Below, in pieces: positions 11,293 to 23,634 of a DNA stretch of 64,000 bases. This DNA is from Entomortierella parvispora E1425 (Eukaryota > Fungi > Mortierellomycota), in contig BQFW01000001.1 in NCBI GenBank assembly GCA_020891255.1, forward strand, positions 1,984,001-2,048,000, given 5' to 3'. The position numbers and the translations under genes were made by a program. Each line of letters opens with the position of its first letter. The first letter of the stretch is position 1. A model generated the notes under the pieces. That model was not told the origin of the DNA. It saw nothing but the letters and a program-made list of their open reading frames with translations, and made no database searches.

Positions 11293-12123
11293 CTTGAGGG
11301 TAGGAAGGAAGTAGTCGACGATCTGGTACTCCTTGATGGGGAGAGAGAAGAGGTAGATCTGCTCGATCGACTGGATCTTGCGGTCCTTGACGAGACGTCC
11401 GAGCTTGGTGACGGGAGTCCAGGTCTCCTTCTCATCCTTGCCTCCACGTCCACGTCCACGGCCACGACCGCGGTCACCTCCGCGACCACGACCACGTCCA
11501 AAACCACCACGTCCTGTAAATTTGAAAATAGCGAGCAAGAAGGTGAACAAAGGTACTTAGTAAATGGTCCTTGAATTCCATGAAATGACCTAGTTGTATC
11601 CTGGCATCTGGTCCTGATTCTCAATGTGGATGATGGACTGCTTCAACAGCTGCTTTCCATCCACAATACATGTCGATCGTGATTCCAGGTAAATATCAGC
11701 GATCTATGGATCTGTGCCGCATCTCTTCAATTCATAGAGTCGGCTATGATGGTAGTAGCGAGTGACGATCGAAAGCTCCATTGACGAAGAGTTCAGACTC
11801 AATCATTGCGTCTAGGTCGGCTGCTCTACTGCGGCTAAGCCCATCTCCTCTTTGTCGGTCAGCTGCTCTGATGTGTCACAGGTTCAGACAATGAAGTTTG
11901 AACAATCCAGCTCATCCATGCCCACTGCAGCACTACAGCTGATGATCTAACCATGAGATCTCGTCTGATTGATTCCTTTGAAAAGTAACTGTCCTGATCT
12001 GATCGCAGAAAGATCTCATCCAAAGACGATTGGTGCCACTGTTTTCCTGATGAAGTCGTCCCACATATTGATTGCTGGCTTGCTGTTATTACCACGAGTA
12101 TCGGCCGTTGCTTGATCAGCCAT
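10753..12123 (-). CDS. RPS2: 40S ribosomal protein S2 (uS5); exon 1 12093-12123, then a ~575-nt intron
   Basis: RGG-rich N-terminus; [40 protein letters not shown]. Exon 1 encodes [10 protein letters not shown] followed by a GTAATA donor. Confidence 0.97.
11850..12020 (-). ncRNA. Candidate intronic H/ACA box snoRNA in RPS2 intron 1
   Basis: Sense-strand layout: a hairpin closed by ATGAGATCT/AGATCTCAT, H box AGATCA (ANANNA; 11943-11948), a second hairpin closed by TCAGCTG/CAGCTGA, then ACA at 11853-11855. Target not identified. Confidence 0.55.
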
Positions 12124-12690
12124 GTTCTATGGTGGAAAGAAATAAGTGGGGTTAGCAGAATGCTCATCACTAACGCTCGACGGGATGGATGGATGGACAC
12201 CAAGGAGGCCATCGCGATGGATGGCTCCAAAGCATCCATTGTCCACAGGCCACATGTGATTACATTTTCTTGAATTGTTTGAGCGAAAAAAAGAAGGAAG
12301 AATCAAGGGCCATTTGGCCACCGTCTTTATCTCGAATTCGAATCCCGACCTCAGCCACATTCCGTGCGCCACCAATCTCGTCTTGCCACCATTTTTTTTT
12401 TTTTTTTTTTTTTCACTCCTTCCTCTTCGACTTTAAAGATTACTTCTCTCGTGCCATTGGGTAAAGAGACACAGAGGCCCATAGTTAGATATTCGTCGCA
12501 GCAACTGAAAGGAACGATCAACTGCCACGATAGTAGTTCTAGTGACGATGCGACAGAACTGCGAGCGCCTGCTCGCCTGCAGAAGAATCAAAGTACGATG
12601 CAAAGGGTTATGTATTTGTTATGGTTGTGAATGTTGAAAATGTATACGTGGTTGTTTCTTTCTAGAGTAAGTGGAGCTAATACAACGCTT

Positions 12691-15600
12691 TTACATCTTC
12701 ATAAACTTGCGCTTCTTTTCAGACTCGGCCTTCTTCTCCTCATCCTTGCGAATTGCCTCCTCATCAAAGAACTGGGACGTGTTGTTGGCCTCGTAGTCAC
12801 GTCGGATATAGTTAAGTGCGGCAACGTTGAAACCAATGAGATCCTACAAGGACAAAGTAGCAAGAAGGAGGCACGTTAGAAGGATATTCCATATAGACAA
12901 AGAGATGTGTTGTGAGCGCGCGCGTATATATATAGAGAGAGAGAGGGAGAGAGGGAGGACAGGTACCTTTTGTTTTTGCAATCCAGCTCTCAAGTTACGA
13001 CGAACAGAGTCCAACATAGGCCTCATCACCCTGTTGGAGACAATCTGATTGTGGTGGGACTTGATCAAGAAGAACAGAACACGGCAAACCAAGTTGATGT
13101 TGTACTCGCGCTGCACAAAGACATCGAGCCAGTTCAACAGACTTGTCACCGCCGAGAATGGCAACACCAATAGAGCCTCGTCCAACTCTGCGGGGCGAAC
13201 TCTCTGGATCTCGTTCCACACATGCTGCTCTGGTGTCTGTCTCATTGAGATCAACAGAGGTGAGCGTTGAGGCTTGGACAATCCGCGCTCGCCACGGGCT
13301 ACACCAGCATTGTACTCTTTCCATGCGTTGATCTCCTGGTCGGCCATCTCAAGGGCTTCCATAATGCGCTCTCCAGCCTTGAGGGTATCCATCGTTTGCT
13401 TGCCGGCAGATGCCAGCTCGTCTCCGTTGCTTGTGGAAGGCGCGCCGACATTGTCACCGTTATCGACCATACCAGTCTTCTCGAACGACGCGGTCAGAGT
13501 GGCCTCATAAAGGTCGTCAAGCTCCTGCTCACGCTCTTCCTCCAAGAATACCTGGTCCTCAGTCTTCTGCCAAATACGTAATGAGCGATCGTGCGAAGCA
13601 GAGACGACAATGTTACCATAGGTACCCACTGCCAATGCCCAGACCTCACCGTGATGTCCCTCCAGCTTCAAAATATTTTCAAACTTGTCACCATCCCAGT
13701 ACTTGATTGTCCTGTCTTTGGATGCAGTGAAGAAGTAATGGGTGTTCCAGACGAATTGGACCGCCATCACCGACTCCTGATGAGCAAACATCGATTTGTG
13801 ACAATCTCCGAAATCCAGACCCCAGAGCTTCACGTTCTTATCGGCGGAACATGTCACCAACAGGTTAGAGTCTGATGAGATATCCATCGAGAGAACAGGC
13901 AGCTTGTGTCCATACAGCGAAAGGAAGAATTTGAGGGTGTCGTGATAGAAGACCTTGACAGTCGCATCCAGTAATGAAACAGCCACCATCTTCTGGTCAG
14001 GTGAATATCGCACACAAAGAACATCGTCTGACATCTTGAGTGTACGCATGTGCACCAATGACAGGCGCTTCTTGACTGTCTGTCCGATCTGCTCCTCAAT
14101 CATGTCGAAATCCCAGAACTTGACATCCTTATCCGCACTTCCAGTAACCAATCCACGTCTGTCAGGGCGCAACTGAAGAGACCAAATGGCACCTTCGTGA
14201 GCCTCAATGGACTCGATCATGGACGAAGATCCCAGATCAAACAACTCCAAGTGACCAGATTTTGTTCCAACAATGACCTAATATTGTGGAAAGACATATA
14301 TAAGTAAAAATGCTGGCTGCTGAATATCGCATCATAATCTTCGAGTATTGAACTCACATGGCGGTTTCCAGGCAAGAAAGCACAGCAAAGAGCATATCCG
14401 CACTCCATGGTCCTGATGCACGACGTTGTCTTCACGTTCCAGATCTTAAGAGAGTCTACGGGAATCAAAGGACAATGTGATATCAATATCAAGGCGCTGA
14501 GTTATAGCTCCAAAATTTGAACTGTTACAATGGAGACTTGAAACTTACTGTTGGAAGCCGAGCACAAAAGCTCATCATCAGAGCTCAAGGCAACCGTGCG
14601 GATGTCGGAACGATGTCCAGCAAGCTCCAATGTATAGGCCTTGTTGGGCTCATCTGCCACATCCTCGTTCTTGGCTGCTGTAGGGTGAGGAACAGTCCAG
14701 ACCTCGACCGTGTTGTTGTTCAATGAAGCAACAAGTTGCAAATGGCCGACCTTTTCCACATCCTTGACAGGGGCAAAATCAAACGACCTGAATTTTCCAG
14801 CGGCTGAACGGATAATGTGCCAGGAAGTGATCTCATCCGTCGCCTGAATAGCCTCGTCGACTGGCTCCTCTGCGACAGCGCCCTCTGTATCACCCTTCTT
14901 GAGCAACTGTTGCTGCTTCTCTCTTTGACGCTTCTTTCTGCGGGACATCTTCTTCTTGATCTCGTCGATTGAACGTATCCTGAACAGCTCAATAGATTTA
15001 TCTGCAGCCTGGCATCCCAAGAACTGCTGCGAGATATGGAACTCAAGAGTGGTCACACGCTCCTTGGACTGTCGTGGAATAGATCCGTAGAATGTAATCG
15101 CCTTCAAATGAGCAGGAACCTCTCCATCGGCCATCTCCTCGTCATCGCCTGCCTCCTGTGCTTCCTCTCCAACGGCCAAACCGCTCTTCAGAATGGCGGC
15201 GTTAATTTTCCAGACCTTGATGTCGGCATCACCACCACCAGAGACCAACATGGTCTCATCGGCGTTAACATCGCAATCCCAGACTTCATTCCTGTGCGCC
15301 ACCAAAGTTTCCATGCAGTGCTGAGTCGAAAGATCCCAAAGCTTAATCAATGTATCCTTGGAGGATGAAAGAACATATCCATCTGTAGGCTTGCCTCCAT
15401 CCACCATGGAGGGTTTGGAAAGAAAGCGAACGGAAGTAACCTGATCCTTGTGTCCACGAAGACTGTATAATAATAAATAGTGATAGTGCTGTTAGATTAA
15501 GACTGAAAATATGCTCCTTTGTTTTGGCATTGAAGAACTGCCACATACCGATAAAGGCCGACTTCACCCTCGACATCCCAGACAATCAAGTCGGTGTCTC

Positions 15601-16093
15601 TTGAACCAGAGACCAAGCGAGATCCAGATTTATCAAAGGCAAGGGCGGTAACAGCAGAGCGATGTCCATTGAATGTCACCAGAACATCAGAAGTCTTCAT
15701 GCTCCAGATGCGGATTGATCCGTTAGCATATCCAACTGCGTAGCTATCCCGATCTACGCTACGGGCAATGCAGGTGACCTCGGATCTGTTGTCGCTGTCA
15801 TGCCATGTGCCAACCTGTAGTTTGAACGGTAAATGGGCATTTTGTTAATCGACTATTGCTGTCTTTCTGTGTTGGTAGAAAGAGTCCGGTTCTCAAGCTG
15901 AAGGGTAGACTGATAAACATCAACGAAACGCAGGCATTACCAATTCGCCCTTCTTAAGGTCCCAGATGCTGATATCTTCGAGGGTCGGGCTGATAGCGTA
16001 TTTGCCTTCAGCATCGTAGACAATATTGGAGTTTCCGCTGGCAACGACTCCAAAGATGGTGCGGGGAGTGTACCGCTGATAGGCCTTGACCAT
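12691..16093 (-). CDS. UTP12: WD40-repeat SSU processome component Dip2/Utp12 (WDR3); multi-exon
   Basis: Starts MVKAYQRY...FGVVAS. WD repeats (GHKLPVLSMDIS, LEGHHGEVW) and a C-terminal Utp12 domain (LEEAL-like ELDEALLVLPFS...DLIGFNVAAL). Confidence 0.93.
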
Positions 16094-16494
16094 GGTGGTG
16101 TATCAAGGGGTTTGTGATGAAACTTGTGATGTTTTTGTCGAGGGTTCAACGAAAGTATTCTCCTCGGGTCAAAGTATGTGTTGCTGTCAGTTGTAAACGT
16201 CCGCGTGCGGTGCGTTGTTGAGTAGTTGGTGTGTTGAAATGCAAAAAGGGGTTCACTGCCAGCCTTGGATGGATGAAAACAAGGATAAGAGGAGTGCGAA
16301 TGGACTGGAGCGATGAGATGGGCACAGACTGCGAGACTGTCTGGAGAGTACACAGGTAAAAAAAAAGAAAAAAGTTGTTGACATTTTTTCGCCAGTTTGC
16401 ATTCGAGAACTGAGCCAAAGCCACAACAAGTCACAAAATTTTGGCTGGGACGCGATGGAGTAGAACAAACGCATCGCTCATTGACTTGCCCATA

Positions 16495-16536
16495 CACACA
16501 CACACACACACATACACACACACACACACACACACA
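16495..16536 (+). repeat. (CA)n microsatellite immediately upstream of the CBC2 start codon
   Basis: Interrupted CA dinucleotide run directly before ATG 16537. Confidence 0.9.
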
Positions 16537-17376
16537 ATGGTATGGACAGTAGACTTGACAGGAATGGACACACAGAGCTGGAAAACGTGGCCAATACTTA
16601 CATCTTGTCTACCCATTAACTCATTATAGGCATCCATCGTGCAATCACTTTCAGTCCCCTCCACCTACAAAGACCAACAATACCAGGGCACGTCAGCTCA
16701 GTTGGCTGCAGACCTTGCCAACTCGACCACACTCTACGTCGGAAACCTCTCCTTCTTCACGACAGAGGAGCAGATCTATGAACTCTTTTCCAAATGTGGC
16801 GAGATCAAGCGTATCATCATGGGCTTGGACCGTCACCAAAAGACCCCTTGCGGATTCTGCTTTGTCGAGTACTATCATAATGCAGATGCGCTTGACTGCA
16901 TGAAATATATCAACAGCTCCAAGCTAGATGAGCGTATCGTCCGTTCGGATCTTGATCATGGATACAGGGAGGGCCGCCAATTCGGTCGTGGACGGAGTGG
17001 TGGTCAGGTTCGTGACGAGTATCGTCAAGAGTTTGATGCTGGCCGCGGAGGCTGGGGCCACGTCAGGGCTCTCCAGGAAGCAGAGCGCGAGAGAGACCAG
17101 AAGGCCAACTATGAGGCTATTACGACAATCCCAGAGGGAGCTAACTTGGAATATAAGGACAGAAAGGATGGCACAGGTAAAGCAGCAATTCATGATATAA
17201 CTGGCACATGCGATAAATGACAAGATATTGAACGCTAATTGTGTTGTTGACCGTTATCCTTTTCAGAACAACCCAAGAGAGAAAGAGACGACGATGAAGA
17301 CTCGGTCATGGAGCCACCATCAAAAAAGGCAAACCCTCGTTTCAGAGAAGGCGATGACGACGATGATGAGGCATGA
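16537..17376 (+). CDS. CBC2: Nuclear cap-binding protein subunit 2 (CBP20); exons 16537-16539 (ATG only), 16630-17176, 17267-17376
   Basis: [29 protein letters not shown]...IIMGLD...[10 protein letters not shown], and [18 protein letters not shown]. Confidence 0.95.
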
Positions 17377-17500
17377 GTTTTCAAACAAGGCAATACGACT
17401 GTGTTCGATAGCATCTTCGATATCCTTCCTCCTTCAAAGAATAAAATGACAGGAAAATGTATTTTGCAATGCTTTATTTGTATTGTTATCATCATCCAGA

Positions 17501-18404
17501 CTAAGCAGCTGTTCGCATTGGGGCATGGAAAGGGTTAAGAGGATTGGCCATCTGGGTTCCTGAGTTGTTGTATCCAGGCGCACTCTCCATACGACTCGAG
17601 CTCAGCAAACGCTGATCATTCTTGAAAAAGAATTGCATGGTATACATCTTCTGGTCCACATCCCAATGGCTCCACAGCTTTTCCTCAGCTCTGTCAATGT
17701 CTCTACTCTGGACCTTGAACGAAATAGTTTCATATGGCTCTGCGGCGATAACCAGGTACTGATGTGCCTTGTTGGGTGCTTGGATTTGTTGTTCGTAAGC
17801 AGACATGAATCTGTAGCGAGGCTCGACTCCTTGAGCAATCTCTGGATATGCGATTTCAAACAACAAGCCAACCTGGCGCGAGGTGGGGTCCCGGATCTTT
17901 GTAACCTTGTATCCTGGACGACCAATTTTGATAATATTGCGCTTAAAAGTCGGTACACCCTGCTTCAAAGCCTGTTGTTGTTGTGCTGTCAGAGGTGCCA
18001 TGCTGTCTGGCTTTTCCATTGCATCTTTAGCTGCGCGGCGACCAAGATTTGTCTGATGCTTCTTTCCTTGCGTATGCGCCAAATACGATCCTTCGTTGGT
18101 GTGGAGAGTCAAGCACAGTTTACATTCGTATGATCCCAAGTGATTCCTCATGAAATATGGGTCCTTAGCCAGGTCTATGGAGAATAAAACAAAACATACG
18201 TCAGTGAGTGGTATGGTATTGGATCTCCATAGCAGGGACACATTTGTCTGCAGCTGCGCAAGACTAACGAGAGAGTATGAACTTACCGATTGTTTCCAGT
18301 GCCAGCTTTCGCAGACGTTCTCTTCTGTCCACATTGCTTTCTGACGATCCTGCGACACCAGCGCCTCCAATCTTGGATCCAACACGATTCTGACGGTCAG
18401 CCAT
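17501..18404 (-). CDS. SF3A2: Splicing factor 3A subunit 2 (SAP62/Prp11)
   Basis: MADRQNRVGSKIGGAG...RRERLRKLALETI|DLAKDPYFMRNHLGSYECKLCLTLHTNEGSYLAHTQGKKHQTNL zinc finger; IGRPGYKVTK. Confidence 0.95.
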
Positions 18405-18815
18405 TGTTATTGTTGTACTGTTGAAGTATTAAAAAGAGTTGGGTGGTTGTCGATTTCAAAGGTTGTGGTGTTTGGTCCTTATGTATCTTCGAAGGGTGGT
18501 TGTTGTTTATCCTAGAAGGATAGGAGACTGAATGAATAGGCAGGTTGTTAATGAGTTGCAGGCTTTGGCATTTTAGTAGGTTAGAATTGGGACAGCGCCT
18601 GTGAAGTGTTGAGGCAATGCCTTCAAAGTATACCTTTGCTACTCAGGGTCAAGCGGGGATGGAGGAGTCGTGAGGAGCATCTCTGCTCGTCTTGCAAATG
18701 TTGAAGAGTGATCTCGAAGTGCAAAGCCACCCATAATGTCATGTGACCGATTCGCCAACATTTTTTTTTTTTTTTTTTTTATTGAATTGCAAAAATTGGT
18801 ATAAAGGAAGAGGAA

Positions 18816-21242
18816 CTAGTTTCGGCTTTCGTGCCTTTGATCGGGGTGAACAATAAACTCGTGAAGTCCAGAAGCAGCTGGTGCCATTGGGTAAACATGC
18901 TCGGCCTTGCATACCTTAGCCTCCATCACAACAGGACCATCATGAGCGAGGAACTCGGCCATGACACCAGGCAAATCCTGCATATTGTGAGCGCGGAGAC
19001 CTTTGATGTTCATAGCCTCAGCCAGCTTGACAAAGTCGGGGTTGAACATTTGGGTACCGGAATAACGCTCTTCGTAAAAGAGATCCTGCCATTGCTTCAC
19101 CATGCCCTGGAAGTCATTGTTCAAGATCAGGACCTTGACACCGATGTTGTACTGGGCCGCGGTAGCGAGCTCCATTCCAGTCATGCAGAAACTGGCATCG
19201 CCATCAATATCAACAACAATATGATCAGGTTTGGCTACCTTGGCACCAATTGCTGCTGGAAGACCAAATCCCATAGTGCCCAACCCTCCAGAAGTGACGA
19301 GAGAGCGGGGATGGCGCCAGCGGAAGTACTGAGCCGCCCACATCTGATGCTGACCAACCCCTGTGGTGATGATAACTTTTTCCTTCATGTTCTCAGTCTG
19401 TTTGTTCAGTTCCTGAATCACAGTCTGGGGCTTCAAGATTCCGTTGGGATCCTGGACGTGGTAGAAAGGGAAGCGCTCCTTCCACTGGCCAAGCTTGCTG
19501 AACCATTCCTTGCGCTCTGAGCTCTCGATCAAAGGCAGGAGCTTTGACAGGTTCTCAGTGACGTCACCTTCAATGGCTTCTGTGGCCTGAACCACCTTGT
19601 TGATGTTCTTTGGCGAGATTTCAAAATGAATGATTCCTCCACGGTTTTCCGAGGCGGCTTTACGCGCTTCAGGGGCAAATCGAGGCACACTGGCCGTGAC
19701 ACGGTCATCAAAACGCGCTCCCAGGGCAATGACAACATCAGCACTCTGCATGGCCAAGTTTGCATAGGCAGATCCGTGCATACCCAGCATGTGAAGCGAG
19801 CGAGGATCCATTTCGTCGAATGCACCCAATCCTTGAAGGGTAGTCGTGACAGGGATGTTTCCATTATGGGAAAGCTCCTTGAGGCGAGCTGGGCCATCAG
19901 GGTGTGACAAAACACCTTGGCCGGCGTAAATCAGAGGTCGCTTGGCTGCGTTAATCAATTGAGCAGCTCGAAGGATCTGAGGCGAGGTGACCTGTGATGC
20001 ATCTTTGGCGAGTCCTGAGAAAAAGGGAGCCTGGCTGGCGGGGGGTCTTGCGGGCACGCTTGGTGCTGCTGGGATTGCCTTTGTCAAGATCGCGGCAGTG
20101 ACGTCCTTTGGAAGATCAACCAGGACAGGGCCAGGGCGTCCAGACGTAGCAATCTCGAATGCCTCATTGATGCGTCTAGGGAGATCGGCGATATCCTTAA
20201 CCATAACGTTCCACTTTGTGCAAGCACGAGAGATACCAACAACATCGGCTTCCTGGAATGCATCCGAACCAATGGCACCGACAACAACTTGTCCTGAGAA
20301 GACGACCATAGGGGTGCCATCTGACAGGGCATCCTGCATGGCTGTGATAACGTTGGTTGCTCCGGGACCTAGAAGAAGAAAGTAATTGATAGAAGTTTCA
20401 GCCGGCTGGGAGGGTAGAGTAAAAACCTGTAAGCTATCCATTGGTTGATGACCTACCGGAGGTGACAAGGACAACTCCGGGCTTTCCACTGTAAGATTGT
20501 CATGTGCACATGCAAAGGAGAGGAGACCAATAAGAGACACAAAAGGTTAATCTGATTGCCTCCGGAGAATAAAGTGGCAACGGCATGTTCTCCAGAAAAG
20601 CACAAGCCCACTCAAAACAAAAAAAAAAGAAAAAAATTCAATCGGCGGTTCCACCGAGATAAGCGAAACCATAAAAAGGAAAGTGACAAGGATGACTTAC
20701 GTGACTCGAGCATATCCTTCAGCGGCGTGTCCTGCTCCTTGCTCAGCTCTGGGCAAGATGAATTCGAAGTGCTTTGAGTTGTAGATGGCATCAAACACAG
20801 GCAGGATGGCGCCTCCAGGGTAGCCAAAAACATGCTTCACCTCATGTCTCAACATCATTTCGTGAAAGATCTGACCACCGGACATGCCGACGAACGAGTG
20901 GTCATGGCCAGGTTTGGACGCTCTCCTAGATGGAGCCTGAGACGGATGTTCCAAGGGCTGGAGGAGAGCGGAGGATGGATCGGCGATGATGCTACGTCAG
21001 GGCGAGCTCCTATGAGTACACGTTCTTTTTCATCTTTTTCTGACGCCCGCATTAATGAAGGGAGCAGAGGCTTACCTTGGTTGAGGGGGGGCCACCTCAA
21101 CAGTTGCAGCAGAGGAGCGGAAGCGAGCTTGGGAAGCTCCTACTTTTGGCGCCCTAGAAAGACTGTAGGCCTGAGTTCTGTAGTGCCTAGTTGCAGTCGA
21201 GAGCGAACCCCGAGCTAGGCGGGCAATTGGTTGTGCTTGCAT
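18816..21242 (-). CDS. ILV2: Acetolactate synthase (AHAS) catalytic subunit, mitochondrial; multi-exon
   Basis: Presequence MQAQPIARLARGSLSTATRHYR; FGYPGGAILP, GPGATN, DAFQEAD, GARFDDRVT, TSGGLGTMGFGLP, ThDP motif GDASF...LNN, GMVKQWQ. Confidence 0.96.
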
Positions 21243-21913
21243 GGTGTCTGTGTACCGAAAGGGAAAGGGCGCAGACAGAGGCTAAGAAAGGAAAAGAGTG
21301 GGGAGGTTTGCGAACAAAAAGCAGTTCGGGGGAACACAGGAGACAAAGTAATAGACAGCGTGTTGAAGAAGGTAGAAAGAGAGAAAAAAAAAAAAAGAGA
21401 GAAGAGGAGAGGAACTTCGATCGATCAAAAGTCCAACCCCCAAGCGCCCATCTCCTCCTTGGTTGACAAAGACATTCAAGCGAGCACCGAGCACCGAGCA
21501 CCGAGAATAAGGAGCAAGAGTCCGTCTCCACATTCTGGCCATCGTTGATTTTCATGTGTAATCCAAAAAGTCACTGTCGCGGCGACAGCAACGGTGCACC
21601 AGGCAGCGCGACCCTTGACACCAATTAGTCACAACACGCGATCCAATCAGCGCCCTGTCCCGATCAGTAGGACAATATCCCTGTGGCCATGACTGCCTTT
21701 CCTCTCCGCACCCTTATCTTCCGACTCATTTGCATGACCTGAATGAGTGGGCACCTCAATTGATCAATGCACAGGCACAAAGACAAAATTACAGGACAAA
21801 CCGCCAGATCACTTTATCGGCTCTCCTCAAGGACCCACAGCATTCACTCACTCCCGCCCGCAACCACACACGATTTTGTCCTCCATGGATCCGATCGGGT
21901 GCCTCCTCGTGCC

Positions 21914-21920
21914 TATATAA
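21914..21920 (+). promoter_or_regulatory. TATA box of ILV5
   Basis: TATATAA about 170 bp upstream of ATG 22087. Confidence 0.45.
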
Positions 21921-22086
21921 CAGAGCGAAACATCCCGGACATTTTTTTTTCTTTCTTCATCACTCTCATTCTCAGTCCTCCTTTCTTCATCGATCTAAAC
22001 CTTCGATACCCAACGATCTTCTTCCAGGACCTCCCCTCTCTCCACTCCTCTATTCCACCTTTTTCATTTATCTTAATTCTCACATC

Positions 22087-23390
22087 ATGAGCTTTATTGC
22101 CCGCTCCGCTCTCCGCCAGTTGACTCGCGTCGCTGCGCCCTCTACTCGCTCCTTCTCCGTTATGGCTCGCTCTGCTGCCATCACCCAGATCCCTCGCGTT
22201 GCTGCCTGCAAGGTAAAATAGACTCCTTTGATCAACTATATCTGTGCTCTGAGATATGTGCCTGAATATTCGTAGATCTCCTTTTGCACATCACTGACTG
22301 TAATAATCTTTGATCTTTGCAGGCTGCCTTCATCCAGACCCGTGGAGTCAAGACTATGGACTTTGGTGGCACAAACGAGGTTGTCTATGAGCGCACTGAT
22401 TATCCTGCTGCTAAGCTTCAGGAGACTTTCAAGAACGATACCCTCACTGTTCTTGGCTACGGTCCCATGGGACGTGGTCAAGCCCTTAACCTCCGTGACA
22501 ATAAGTTGAATGTCATCATTGGCTCCCGCAAGGGTGCTTCTTGGGACAAGGCCGTGTCTGAGGGTTGGGTTCCCGGAAAGACTCTTTTCGAGATTAACGA
22601 GGCCTGCGACCGCGGCACTGTCATCATGAACTTGCTCTCGGACGCTGCTCAGTCCAAGCTTTGGAACGAGATCAAGCCCTACCTCACCAAGGGCAAGACT
22701 CTCTATTTCTCACACGGATTCTCTGTCATCTACTCTGAGGACACTGGCGTTATTCCCCCTAAGGACATTGATGTCATCCTTGTTGCCCCCAAGGGTTCAG
22801 GAACTACTGTTCGCAACCTTTTCCTTGAGGGTCGCGGAATCAACGGATCTGTTGCAGTTTACCAGGATGTCTCTGGCAAGGCCAAGGAACGCGCTGTTGC
22901 CCTCGGTGTCGGTGTCGGCACTGGATACTTGTACGAGACCACTTTCAAGCAGGAGGTTTACTCTGATCTCTATGGTGAGCGCGGAGTGTTGATGGGTGCT
23001 ATCCAGGGTCTCTTCGTTGCTCAGTACGAGGTCCTCCGCGCTCGCGGACACACCCCCTCTGAGGCTTTCAACGAGACCGTGGAGGAGGCCACTCAGTCGC
23101 TCTATCCCTTGATCGGCGCGAACGGCATGGACTGGATGTATGCCAATTGCTCAACCACTGCCCAGCGTGGCGCCCTTGACTGGTGGAAGAAGTTCCATGA
23201 CGCTTCCAAGCCTGTCTTTGAAGAGCTCTACGAGTCTGTCGCCAACGGAACTGAGACCAGGAGGTCCCTCACCAAGAACTCTGCACCCAACTACCGCGCC
23301 GAGTTGGAGGCCGAGCTGGCCGAGATCGCCAACCACGAGATGTGGGTCACTGGCAGGTCTGTCCGCAAGTTGAGACCCGAGAACCAGTAA
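22087..23390 (+). CDS. ILV5: Ketol-acid reductoisomerase, mitochondrial; 2 exons
   Basis: Presequence MSFIARSALRQLTR; ALNLRD, NLLSDAAQ, FSHGFS, VAPKGSG, EVYSDLYGERGVLMG, SEAFNETVEEA, CSTTAQRGA. Confidence 0.96.
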
Positions 23391-23634
23391 ATTCTACATA
23401 GCACCCTGGACATCAGTCCGCTCTCTCATCTTCCTTCATAGACGGGTGTCCACCCTGCGATACATTCGCTTGTAAATTACCATAAAAATATATCATCGAA
23501 GTGCATGCATGACTTTATTTACCGTGACGACATCAATTTTTTTTTTTTTTTTGAGAATTACGGTTGGAAATCTTCCCACAGTCCAATTCTTCGGTTCCTG
23601 TTTCCTTTATCCATCACTGCCTTCGACAATCAAC

